Origin: Acidimicrobiales bacterium
GTDB lineage: Bacteria > Actinomycetota > Acidimicrobiia > Acidimicrobiales > DATDAH01
DNA: 60,434 nt
Assembly: GCA_036525535.1 (NCBI GenBank)
Contig: DATDAH010000160.1
Coordinates: 1 to 60,434 of the forward strand
Reading direction: 5' to 3'
The notes under the pieces are model-generated. The model did not search any database, was not told where the DNA came from, and saw only the letters and a program-made list of their open reading frames with translations. Every line of letters starts with the position of its first letter. Position 1 is the first letter of the stretch. A program made the translations under genes and the position numbers. Shown here in pieces: positions 25,017 to 33,556 of this stretch.

Positions 25017-26966
25017 GTGACGCCCGACAGGAACCCCCACGCCGGTCTGCCCATCACCGACGACGACGCCACGATCGCTTCCGCCCTCGAGGACGTGAGC
25101 ATCCCGACCCTGATGCTGTCGATGGTCCACATGACCGGGGACGCCGAGATCATCCGGGGGGAGCTCCGGCCCCAGGGCCTCTTCCTCAATGAGGTCCAGG
25201 GCTACATGAGCGAGGAGGACAAGGCCGAGGTCCGCCGTCGGGCCCTCGACGTCATCCGCGCGTACCGGGACGGCGGGTCGGAGCCGGCACCCCCACCCTC
25301 CCCCGAACTGATCCGGGAGATGATGAGCTGGCTGGTCTGCCAGGACGTCCCCCAGGCGTACGTCCCGATGCTCCTCGAGGAGATGGAGCTGGACGGGGTC
25401 GATGCCCGCGAGGTCGCCCTCAGCGTCGACCAGGGCGATCGGGCCGACTTCCCGGTCGTAGTCGTCGGTTGCGGGCAGTCGGGGCTCCTGGCCGGGATCC
25501 GGCTGCAGGAGGCGGGCATCCCGTACACCATCGTCGAGAAGAACGCCGGGGTCGGCGGCACCTGGTACGAGAACACCTACCCCGGCTGCCGGGTCGACGT
25601 CGGCAACCACTTCTACTGCTACTCCTTCGAGCCCTCGGACCACTGGAGCCAGTACTTCGCCCGGCAGCCCGAGCTCCAGGCCTACTTCGACTCGGTGATG
25701 CGGCGCCACGGGGTCGCCGAGCACGTGCGCTGGGAGACCGAGGTGGTTCGGGCGACCTGGGACGACGGATCCGGCACCTGGTGCGTGCGGATCCGGGACC
25801 ACGACGGGGCCGAGGAGACCCTGACCGCCCGCGCCGTCATCTCGGCGGTGGGACAGCTCAACCGGCCCCACCTCCCCGCCATCGCCGGCCGGGACGACTT
25901 CGCCGGACCGGCCTTCCACTCCGCCCGTTGGGACCACTCCGTCGACCTCACCGGGAAGCGGGTGGCCCTGATCGGGGCCGGCGCCAGCGGGTTCCAGATC
26001 GCCCCCGCCATTGCCGACGAGGTGGCTCACCTCACCGTCTTCCAACGCACGGCACAGTGGATGTTCCCCAACCCCAACTACCACGAGACGGTCGGGCCCG
26101 GGGTGCAGTGGGCGCTGCGCCATCTCCCCTTCTACGGGCGCTGGTACCGGTTCCTGCTCTTCTGGCCGGCGTGCGACGGCGGCCTGGAAGCCGCCCGCAT
26201 CGACCCCGCGTACGACGACTCGGACGGGCGGGCGGTCAGCGAGACCAATGAGTTCACCCGCCAGATGTTCACCGACTGGATCGTCAGCCAGATCGGCGAC
26301 GACGATCCCGATCTGCTGGCCAAGGTCATCCCCGACTACCCGGCCACCGGCAAGCGCACGCTGCAGGACAACGGCAGCTGGCTGACGACCCTGACCCGGC
26401 CCGACGTCGACCTGGTGCGCGAGGGGATCGACCACATCGAGGCCGATGCCGTGGTCACCGCCGACGGGGTTCGCCACGAAGTCGACGTCATCGTGTTCGC
26501 CACCGGGTTCCAGGCCAACCGCTTCCTGTTCCCGATCGAGGTGGTGGGCCGTGACGGCGCGGTCCTGGCCGAGCGGTGGGGCGAGCGGCCGTCGGCCTAC
26601 CTGGGCATCACCGTCCCCGGCTTCCCCAACCTGTTCTGCCTGTACGGGCCGGGGACGAACCTGGCTCACGGCGGCTCGCTGATCTTCCACAGCGAGTGCC
26701 AGATGCGGTACATCACCGGCTGTCTCGACCTGCTCCTGTCATCGGGGGCGAAGGCCATGGAGCCCAGGCCCGAGGTCCACGACGCGTACTACCAGCGCAC
26801 CCAGCAGGAGCTGAAGGGCCTCGTCTGGTCCCACCCTTCGATCCGGCACTCGTGGTTCAAGAACGCGGACGGCGACATCCACGTCCTCAGCCCCTGGCGC
26901 CTCGTCGACTACTGGGCCTGGACGAAGGCGCCCGACCCGGCCGACTTCGACGTGACCGCCGCTTGA
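25017..26966 (+). CDS. Flavin-containing / Baeyer-Villiger-type monooxygenase with N-terminal extension
   Basis: VVVGCGQSGLLAG (FAD GxGxxG), FAGPAFHSARW (FxGxxxHxxxW), LIGAGASGFQ (NADP). The start is uncertain (GTG 25017). Confidence 0.85.
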   Translation: MTPDRNPHAGLPITDDDATIASALEDVSIPTLMLSMVHMTGDAEIIRGELRPQGLFLNEVQGYMSEEDKAEVRRRALDVIRAYRDGGSEPAPPPSPELIREMMSWLVCQDVPQAYVPMLLEEMELDGVDAREVALSVDQGDRADFPVVVVGCGQSGLLAGIRLQEAGIPYTIVEKNAGVGGTWYENTYPGCRVDVGNHFYCYSFEPSDHWSQYFARQPELQAYFDSVMRRHGVAEHVRWETEVVRATWDDGSGTWCVRIRDHDGAEETLTARAVISAVGQLNRPHLPAIAGRDDFAGPAFHSARWDHSVDLTGKRVALIGAGASGFQIAPAIADEVAHLTVFQRTAQWMFPNPNYHETVGPGVQWALRHLPFYGRWYRFLLFWPACDGGLEAARIDPAYDDSDGRAVSETNEFTRQMFTDWIVSQIGDDDPDLLAKVIPDYPATGKRTLQDNGSWLTTLTRPDVDLVREGIDHIEADAVVTADGVRHEVDVIVFATGFQANRFLFPIEVVGRDGAVLAERWGERPSAYLGITVPGFPNLFCLYGPGTNLAHGGSLIFHSECQMRYITGCLDLLLSSGAKAMEPRPEVHDAYYQRTQQELKGLVWSHPSIRHSWFKNADGDIHVLSPWRLVDYWAWTKAPDPADFDVTAA

Positions 26967-26976
26967 GCCCGCGACC

Positions 26977-27723
26977 TCATGTGTACGGCGAGTCCGGGTC
27001 GGGGGTGCCGACGTGGTCGACCCACCAGGCGTTCCAGCGCTCGCCGAGGTCGACCACGGCGGCGCCGTCGAGACCGAAGACGGACAGGGTCACCGACGCG
27101 CTGTCCCGCGGCCAGGTCACCAGAAGCAGGCCGTCGTTCCACTGGTCGACGGTCACCGCCAGCTGGTGGTCGGACCGGAACCACAGGTCGCCCGAGCGCC
27201 CCGGTTCAGGACCGAGCATCCCGGCCCAGGGCCCGTCGACCCGGTCCACCCCGAGCACGGCGAGGACGTCGTCGGTGGTCGTGACCGCCGACGACGTGGA
27301 GACGGTCCGCCGCTCCTCGCCGCGGTGCCGGGAAAGGGCGAAGCGGAGCTGCTGGACGAAGCTGATCCAGCCCTCGCCGACGTCGTCGTGGACCCCGTCC
27401 CAGCTGTCCGGGCTGATCGTGCGGGTCACCCGCAGCACACAGGCGTCGCCTTCGGCGCTGAGCTCGAACCGGTCCCGGTCGACGCCCCCGTACGCCCAGG
27501 TGATGGTGTGGGCCCCGTCGTCGACGTCGAAGCCGGCGCCCTCAGGCATCCCGGCCAGCGCCTCCGGGGGCGGGCCGAGGAAGATGAACTCGATCTCGCC
27601 CTCCAGGCCCTCGTACTCCCAGCCGAACCAGCGCCGGATGAAGCCGGGGTCCCGCAGATGGGCCCACACCTCCTCGACGGGCGCGGGCAGCTCGACCTCG
27701 ATCAGGGGCTCGGCGGCGGTCAT
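26977..27723 (-). CDS. SRPBCC/AHSA1-like domain protein
   Basis: ATG 27723 overlaps the NMO-2 stop (ATGA). The N-terminus, EVELPAPVEEVWAHLRDPGFIRRWFGWEYEG, is SRPBCC-like. The C-terminal half is unassigned. Confidence 0.65.
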   Translation of the reverse strand: MTAAEPLIEVELPAPVEEVWAHLRDPGFIRRWFGWEYEGLEGEIEFIFLGPPPEALAGMPEGAGFDVDDGAHTITWAYGGVDRDRFELSAEGDACVLRVTRTISPDSWDGVHDDVGEGWISFVQQLRFALSRHRGEERRTVSTSSAVTTTDDVLAVLGVDRVDGPWAGMLGPEPGRSGDLWFRSDHQLAVTVDQWNDGLLLVTWPRDSASVTLSVFGLDGAAVVDLGERWNAWWVDHVGTPDPDSPYT

Positions 27724-28853
27724 TCGGACTGGACCAGGTCGTCGAGGCGTTCGACGGCGTCGATGAACTCCTCCACCATCTCCAGGACGACGCGGCGGGT
27801 GGGCTTGACCGTGTTCATGGCCCCGACGACCTGGCCCACGAAGTAGGTCACCAGCTGCTGGCCGCCGCTGCCGGCGGCGTCCGCGACCCGGGCGACCCGC
27901 TGCAGCGCAGGGGCCACGAGGATCGGCTGCATGGGCATGGGCAGCGGGCCGGGGCCATCGGGCCGCTCCCACTCGTCGGTCCAGGCCGTGCGCAGCATCC
28001 GGGCGGGCTTGCCCGTCATCGAGCGCGAGCGGACCGTGTCGGAGGACCCGGCCGCCAGGAACTTGTCCTTCACCGACGGCGGGGTCTCGGCCTCCTCGGT
28101 GGTCAACCAGACCGAACCGCACCAGACCCCGTCGGCCCCGAGGGCCAGGCCGGCCGCCAGCTGACGCCCCCGGGCGATGCCCCCGGCGGCGAGCACGGGC
28201 AGGGGGCCCACGGCGTCGACCACCTCGGGGACCAGGACCATGGTGGCCACCAGCCCCGTGTGGCCCCCGGCCTCGGTTCCCTGCGCCACGATCATGTCGG
28301 CCCCCGCCTCGGCATGGCGGCGGGCATGCTCCACGTTGCCCGCCAGCGCGGCGACCGGGATGTCGTGCCGGTGGGCTCGCTCCAGGAAGTGCGGCGGCGG
28401 CGGCCCGAGAGCGGACGCCACCAGGCGGGGCCCGTGGTCGAAGCAGACGTCGAGGAGCGGAGCCATGCTCTTCGGGTCGATGCGCATGCCCCCGACCCCC
28501 CGGCGTGCCTCCAGGCCCTCGGGCATGGGCGGCACGTCGTAGCGCTCGAGGATCTCGTCGACGAAGGCCTTGTGCTCGTCGGGGAGCAGGTCGGCCAGCT
28601 GCTTCGGGCTCAGCCCGCCCTCCTCGGACCCGGCGTACTTCTCGGGCACCAGGAGGTCGATGCCGTAGGGCTTGCCCTTCACCTCGGCCTCGATCCAGTC
28701 GAGGTCGACGGCCAGCTGCTCAGGGCTGTGGGCCACCGCGCCGAGGACGCCCATGCCCCCCGCGTTGCTCACCGCGGCGACGACGTCCCGGCAGTGGCTG
28801 AAGGCGAAGATCGGCAGGTCGATGCCGACGAGCTCAGTGGCCTTGGTGCGCAT
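27720..28853 (-). CDS. NAD(P)H-dependent flavin oxidoreductase, NMO family, paralog 2
   Basis: MRTKATELVGIDLPIFAFSHCRDVVAAVSNAGGMGVLG, AQGTEAGGHTG, AAGGIARG. ATG 28853 follows GGGAGA. Collinear with the gene at 5031-6161. Confidence 0.88.
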   Translation of the reverse strand: MRTKATELVGIDLPIFAFSHCRDVVAAVSNAGGMGVLGAVAHSPEQLAVDLDWIEAEVKGKPYGIDLLVPEKYAGSEEGGLSPKQLADLLPDEHKAFVDEILERYDVPPMPEGLEARRGVGGMRIDPKSMAPLLDVCFDHGPRLVASALGPPPPHFLERAHRHDIPVAALAGNVEHARRHAEAGADMIVAQGTEAGGHTGLVATMVLVPEVVDAVGPLPVLAAGGIARGRQLAAGLALGADGVWCGSVWLTTEEAETPPSVKDKFLAAGSSDTVRSRSMTGKPARMLRTAWTDEWERPDGPGPLPMPMQPILVAPALQRVARVADAAGSGGQQLVTYFVGQVVGAMNTVKPTRRVVLEMVEEFIDAVERLDDLVQSE

Positions 28854-28900
28854 GCCGCGAGTCTCCCAGGCTCGAGCGAGCACCAGAGCGTTGCGTTCCT

Positions 28901-29662
28901 TCAGGCGGCCAGCCGCGCGGCTTCCGCCTCCGTGAGGGCGATGCCGAAGTGGTCCCGGAACACCGCCCGTAGCTCGTCGGGCTCGAGCTCCTGCTCGGAG
29001 CGTTCGCCGTCGATCGTCTCCACCAGGGTCCGGCTGTACACGGTCACCCGACCGGATTCGGTGCGCAGGGTGCAGACCGTGTTCTGCGTGAAGTGGGAGT
29101 CGGGTGAGGACTGGTTGTACGCACAGCCCGATGCGAAGTCGGCGAGGGCTCGCGGCTCGCGGGAGAAGCGGTACTGCGGCTCACCGTTCATGAGCAGGTC
29201 GAGCCAACCGTCGTCACGCGACTCGATGCGGAAGGTGCCCGCCGGGTCCTCCTGATCCACGCCGGGCACGAGGCGGAGGGGCTCGTCGAACGAGGCGCCG
29301 AAGCCGACGTCGGCCAGCCAGGGCTCGTCCAGGTCGACCGCCAGGCAGAGGTGGTCGAACCGGATCGACACCTCGCCGCCCTCGCCGTACACGCGCGCCT
29401 CCAGGAGGGTCACGTCGAACCCCACGTCCTCGAGCAGGGCGGCGAAGGTCCCGTTGAGCTCGTAGCAGAACCCACCCCGGTGGCGGCCGACGATCTTGGC
29501 GAGGAGGGCATCGAGGTCGAGGACGATCGGCGTGCCGAGGTGGATGTCCAGGTTCTCGAACGGCACCGTGCGCAGGTGGGCCCGCTGGAGGGCCCTCAGG
29601 CCGTCGGCGTCGACCGACGGCGGGCCGTCCAGGCCGAGGCGGGCGAGGTGCTCGGCGCTCAG
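28901..29662 (-). CDS. Arylamine N-acetyltransferase (NAT)
   Basis: LQRAHLRTVPFENLDIH, GGFCYELNG (catalytic Cys), FDHLCL. No ATG/GTG/TTG lies near the expected N-terminus. The only candidate is CTG 29662, which overlaps the upstream stop (CTGA), so the 5' end is uncertain. Confidence 0.75.
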   Translation of the reverse strand: MSAEHLARLGLDGPPSVDADGLRALQRAHLRTVPFENLDIHLGTPIVLDLDALLAKIVGRHRGGFCYELNGTFAALLEDVGFDVTLLEARVYGEGGEVSIRFDHLCLAVDLDEPWLADVGFGASFDEPLRLVPGVDQEDPAGTFRIESRDDGWLDLLMNGEPQYRFSREPRALADFASGCAYNQSSPDSHFTQNTVCTLRTESGRVTVYSRTLVETIDGERSEQELEPDELRAVFRDHFGIALTEAEAARLAA

Positions 29663-30462
29663 GCCGTCACCAGCTTGGCGCGGAACAGGTCGAGGACCTG
29701 GTCGAGGGCCTGGTGGGTGGCCGATCCGGGCTCGTCGACGAAGTGCTCGGTGAGCACGGAGTGGGGCTTGGTGAGGCCGTCCGGGTTGGCGTCGGCATCC
29801 TCCAACTCGACGCAGGTGAAGGCATCCCCCAACTCGTCGTGGAGGAACTGGAACCGCTTGTCCGGGACGTACCTGTCGCTCGTGAACCGGAGGCCGAGCA
29901 CCCGCAGGTCCTCGTTGGCACACCGCCCCTTCACGACCTCGAGGTCCTCCCGGGAGATGTCGATGCCGTAGGCCCCCTTCTTCCCGATCGGCAGCGACGG
30001 CTGGGACAGGACGGGAGCCAGGAGCGCCGGCTCGGTGGCCATGGCCAGGGCGTAGCCACCCGTGAAGCACATCCCGACGGCGCCGACCCCGGGCCCACCA
30101 CACCGCTCGTGCTCGGCCGCGGCCAGGGCCCGCAGCCAGTCGACCACCGGTGAGGTCTGCCCGGTGGCGAAGACCACGAACTCCTTGCTCACACAGGTCG
30201 GGACCATCGCGGTGACCACCATGCCGACGGCACGCAGCGTGGGCGATGTGTCCTTGCCCGGCACCCCGAAGAGGTGGGGCAGGACGGCGCTGAAGCCAGC
30301 GTCGACGACCCGCTCGGCGAAGTCCAGCACCTTGGGTGTGATCCCGGGCATCTCCGCGATCACGATGACCGCCGGTCCCGAGCCCCGGCGGAAGACGACC
30401 CGGGTCTTGCCCTCGTGGGTGAACGTGGTCCGTTCGAAGCCCGACAGGTCTGCGTCAGCCAT
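29659..30462 (-). CDS. Dienelactone hydrolase family protein
   Basis: ATG 30462 (MADADLSGFERTTF...). GAVGMCFTGGYAL nucleophile region. The 718-aa track ORF is an artefactual extension. Confidence 0.82.
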   Translation of the reverse strand: MADADLSGFERTTFTHEGKTRVVFRRGSGPAVIVIAEMPGITPKVLDFAERVVDAGFSAVLPHLFGVPGKDTSPTLRAVGMVVTAMVPTCVSKEFVVFATGQTSPVVDWLRALAAAEHERCGGPGVGAVGMCFTGGYALAMATEPALLAPVLSQPSLPIGKKGAYGIDISREDLEVVKGRCANEDLRVLGLRFTSDRYVPDKRFQFLHDELGDAFTCVELEDADANPDGLTKPHSVLTEHFVDEPGSATHQALDQVLDLFRAKLVTA

Positions 30463-30519
30463 GGCCGCAACGTAGGCCAGTTTCGGACCGGCACGATCCG
30501 GTCTGCGAGGCTGGCGACC

Positions 30520-30936
30520 ATGTGGGCGCGACGGGGTGACCTGCGGGGCTTCGAACTGGGGTCGAAGGGCGAGATGCAGGACCGGCTCAACTCCCTGGTC
30601 CTGGCCGGGGACAAGCGGGCCACCGCTGGACTCTGGAACGAGGACTACGCCGCCGAGGGCGAGCCCATCGACGAGGTCGGCGAGCGTCAGGCCCTGCTCG
30701 ACGACGACGGCAGGCTCATCGCCGTCATCGAGGTGACCCGGGTGGACCGGGTCCGCTTCATCGACGTCACGTGGGAGTTCGCCCAGGCCGAGGGCGAGGG
30801 CTTCACGTCCGTCGACGACTGGCGGGCCGGCCATCGGGAGTACTGGACGAGCCAGGGCATCGAGATCGACGACGACACCCCGGTCGTCTGCGTGTGGTTC
30901 GAGGTGGTGGACGAGGTGGGCGTCGTGAGGGACTGA
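30520..30936 (+). CDS. ASCH domain protein
   Basis: LVLAGDKRATAGLW...VTRVDRVRFIDVTWEFAQAEGEGF...WRAGHREYW. Confidence 0.75.
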   Translation: MWARRGDLRGFELGSKGEMQDRLNSLVLAGDKRATAGLWNEDYAAEGEPIDEVGERQALLDDDGRLIAVIEVTRVDRVRFIDVTWEFAQAEGEGFTSVDDWRAGHREYWTSQGIEIDDDTPVVCVWFEVVDEVGVVRD

Positions 30937-30947
30937 ACGACGGCGCC

Positions 30948-31709
30948 TCAGTCCACGAGGAGGCGGATCGCCACGAACAGGCCGATGACCACGACCAAGC
31001 CGCGCAGGACCGGGGCGGGGACCCGTCGACCGATCCTGGCTCCCAGCGTCCCGCCGACGGCCGCCCCGATGGCGACGAACGCGACGGCCTCCCACGCCAC
31101 GTCGGCGAAGAGGATGAACACCACGGCGGCGACGGCGTTGACGGTTCCGGCCAGCACGTTCTTGAGGGCGTTGGACCGGGTGAGGTCGTCGGGCACGAAC
31201 ACGGCGAGGATGGCCAGCAGGATCACGCCCTGGGCGGCCCCGAAGTAGCCGCCGTAGACGCCCGCCAGGTAACCGAGGGCCAGCGGGGCGGCCCCGACGT
31301 CTTGGGCCCCTTCTGCCCGGCGGCCGGCCACCCAGACCGCCAGCCGGGGTTGGGCCAGCATGAGGCCACAGGCCAGGAGGACGAGGATCGGCACGATGGT
31401 GTCGAAGACGTCGGAGGGCAGGACGAGGAGGAGGATGGCCCCGGTCAAGCCACCCAGGGCTGAGGCCGAGGCCAGGATCCGGGCCCGCTGCCTCTGGCCG
31501 GCCAGCTCCCGCCGGAACCCGTAGGACCCGAAGACCGAGCCCGGCACCATGCCGATGTTGTTGGACACGTTGGCCACCACCGGCGAGTAGCCGACGGCCA
31601 GGAGGGTCGGGAACGTGATGAGGCTGCCCGACCCGATGACGGCGTTGATCCCACCCGCGCCGACGCCGGCCAGCACGATCAGCACCGCCTCCCACGGATC
31701 GAGACTCAC
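30948..31709 (-). CDS. TauE/SafE (TSUP) family membrane transporter, second copy in the window
   Basis: GAGGINAVIGSGSLITFP and GGYFGAAQGVILLAIL motifs. Confidence 0.88.
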   Translation of the reverse strand: MSLDPWEAVLIVLAGVGAGGINAVIGSGSLITFPTLLAVGYSPVVANVSNNIGMVPGSVFGSYGFRRELAGQRQRARILASASALGGLTGAILLLVLPSDVFDTIVPILVLLACGLMLAQPRLAVWVAGRRAEGAQDVGAAPLALGYLAGVYGGYFGAAQGVILLAILAVFVPDDLTRSNALKNVLAGTVNAVAAVVFILFADVAWEAVAFVAIGAAVGGTLGARIGRRVPAPVLRGLVVVIGLFVAIRLLVD

Positions 31710-31789
31710 CGGTGAACTCTCGCAGGTACCTTCCCGCGGCCGGCCGCAATCGGGTTGACGCCGGGCGGCGGTGCGGCGAGCGTGCGCCC

Positions 31790-32659
31790 GTGGGCAACTC
31801 CTTCCTGGACGGCACGGTCGTCCACGCCGTCGGCGACGGCCGCTACGAGGCAGCCATCGACGAGATCTGGAACCTGCGCCCCCTCCCCCAGGGGGGCATG
31901 GTCAGCGCCCTCGCCCTGCGGGCCATGGCCACCGAGCTGGACGACGCGACCCAGCGCCTGCGCACGGCCCACACCTCGTTCGCGGCCCAGGTGGCCGACG
32001 GGTCCGTGGACATCGACGTGGAGCTGCTGCGCCGGGGACGCTCCATGTCCCACTTGCGGGCCGAGGTCCGCAACCCAGGGGCGCCCCGGGGCCACCTGAC
32101 CACCGGGATCTTCGGTGCCGCCCGGGACGGGTTCACCTTCACCGACCTCGAGCCCCCCGCCGACATCCCCCACCCCGACGACTGCCCCTCGTTCCGGGAC
32201 CCACTCCCCCCCGGCGTGGTCGACGCCTTCGAGCCGATGCTGTTCTGGGAACGGGTCATCGAGGGTCGCAACGTGAAGGGACACCCGCCGTGGGAGGACT
32301 ACGAGCCCGAACGGGCCGAGCGGGTCACCTGGTACGCCTTCGATGAGCCTCCACTGCTCGACGACGGGACCCTGGACCCCCTCGCCCTGGTCGTCGTGGC
32401 CGACGTCATGCCCGGCGCCGTCGGCGAGCGGCTGGGGCCGCGCGCCCGTGAGTGGTTCGCCCCCAGCGTCGACCTGACCGTGCACATCCTGGACGACTGC
32501 CGGTCGGCCACCCTGCTGGGCCACAATCGAGCCCGCCACGCCGGTGACGGCTACGCCTCGGTCGACATGGCGCTCTGGGACCTCGGCCCCGACCAGCGCG
32601 ACCAGCCCCGCCTGGTCGCCTACGCCACCCAGCTCTTCCTCTTCAGCTTCGTGGACTGA
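31790..32659 (+). CDS. Acyl-CoA thioesterase II-like (double hotdog) thioesterase family protein
   Basis: GGMVSALALRAM...SMSHLRAEV...DGYASVDMALWD. GTG 31790 is preferred over 31712, which would abut the divergent gene. Confidence 0.68.
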   Translation: MGNSFLDGTVVHAVGDGRYEAAIDEIWNLRPLPQGGMVSALALRAMATELDDATQRLRTAHTSFAAQVADGSVDIDVELLRRGRSMSHLRAEVRNPGAPRGHLTTGIFGAARDGFTFTDLEPPADIPHPDDCPSFRDPLPPGVVDAFEPMLFWERVIEGRNVKGHPPWEDYEPERAERVTWYAFDEPPLLDDGTLDPLALVVVADVMPGAVGERLGPRAREWFAPSVDLTVHILDDCRSATLLGHNRARHAGDGYASVDMALWDLGPDQRDQPRLVAYATQLFLFSFVD

Positions 32660-32686
32660 CGTGCCCCGCGGTGGAACACTCGGGCC

Positions 32687-33061
32687 ATGAGCAACATGGC
32701 CCGGCTGGAGGCCATCGCCCTCGTCCTGCCCGAGGCAACAAGGGTGGACATCGAGGCGTGGGACGGTGAGCCCACGTTCCGGGTCCGCAACAAGAACTTC
32801 GTCTTCACCGATCCCGAGGTCACCGCCGTCTCGGTGAAGCTGCCCGTCGAGGAGGCCGAGGCCGTCGTGGCCACCGATCCCCTGGCCCGGCCCACGGGCT
32901 ACGGGATGGGGCGCGCCGGCTGGGTCTCGGTCGACATCGGCGAAGGCGCCGACGAGGACCGTTGGCAGCAGGTCACCGAGTGGGTGCGGACCTCCTACAC
33001 CCTGGTGGCCCCCAAGACCCTGGCCCGGATCGTCCTCGAGGAGGACGGCCTCGTCGACTGA
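32687..33061 (+). CDS. MmcQ/YjbR family DNA-binding protein
   Basis: PTFRVRNKNFVF...GRAGWVSVDI...SYTLVAPK. Confidence 0.75.
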   Translation: MSNMARLEAIALVLPEATRVDIEAWDGEPTFRVRNKNFVFTDPEVTAVSVKLPVEEAEAVVATDPLARPTGYGMGRAGWVSVDIGEGADEDRWQQVTEWVRTSYTLVAPKTLARIVLEEDGLVD

Positions 33062-33063
33062 CG

Positions 33064-33540
33064 ATGGAGACTGCGGAGGTGCACACCTACGACGTGACCG
33101 TGACCTGGACCGGCGACACGGGCGAGGGCACGGCGACCTACCGCAGCTATCGACGGGACCACGTGGTCTCCGCCGACGGGCCGCCCGACTTGGTCGGCTC
33201 CTCCGATCCAGACCTCCGGGGTGACGGCAGCCGGTGGAACCCCGAGCAGCTGCTCGTGGCCTCGCTCTCGCAGTGCCACATGCTCTGGTATCTCCACCTG
33301 TGCGCCATGAACGACGTGGTCGTCACCGGCTACGTGGATGCGGCCCACGGGGAGATGGCCATGAACGACGACGGCAGCGGCCAGTTCGAGGCCGTGAGCC
33401 TGAGGCCCCAGGTGACCGTCACCGACCCGGCGATGGTCGAGCGGGCCACCGCGCTGCACGCCGAGGTGCCTGCCCTCTGCTTCATCGCCCGCTCGGTGAA
33501 CTTCCCCGTCCACCACGAGCCAGTGGTCACCGCGGTCTGA
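33064..33540 (+). CDS. OsmC family peroxiredoxin-like protein
   Basis: ATG 33064 lies 3 nt after the previous stop. WNPEQLLVASLSQCHMLWYLHLC...ALCFIARSV (two conserved Cys). Confidence 0.85.
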   Translation: METAEVHTYDVTVTWTGDTGEGTATYRSYRRDHVVSADGPPDLVGSSDPDLRGDGSRWNPEQLLVASLSQCHMLWYLHLCAMNDVVVTGYVDAAHGEMAMNDDGSGQFEAVSLRPQVTVTDPAMVERATALHAEVPALCFIARSVNFPVHHEPVVTAV

Positions 33541-33556
33541 GCCGACGGCGAGGTGG

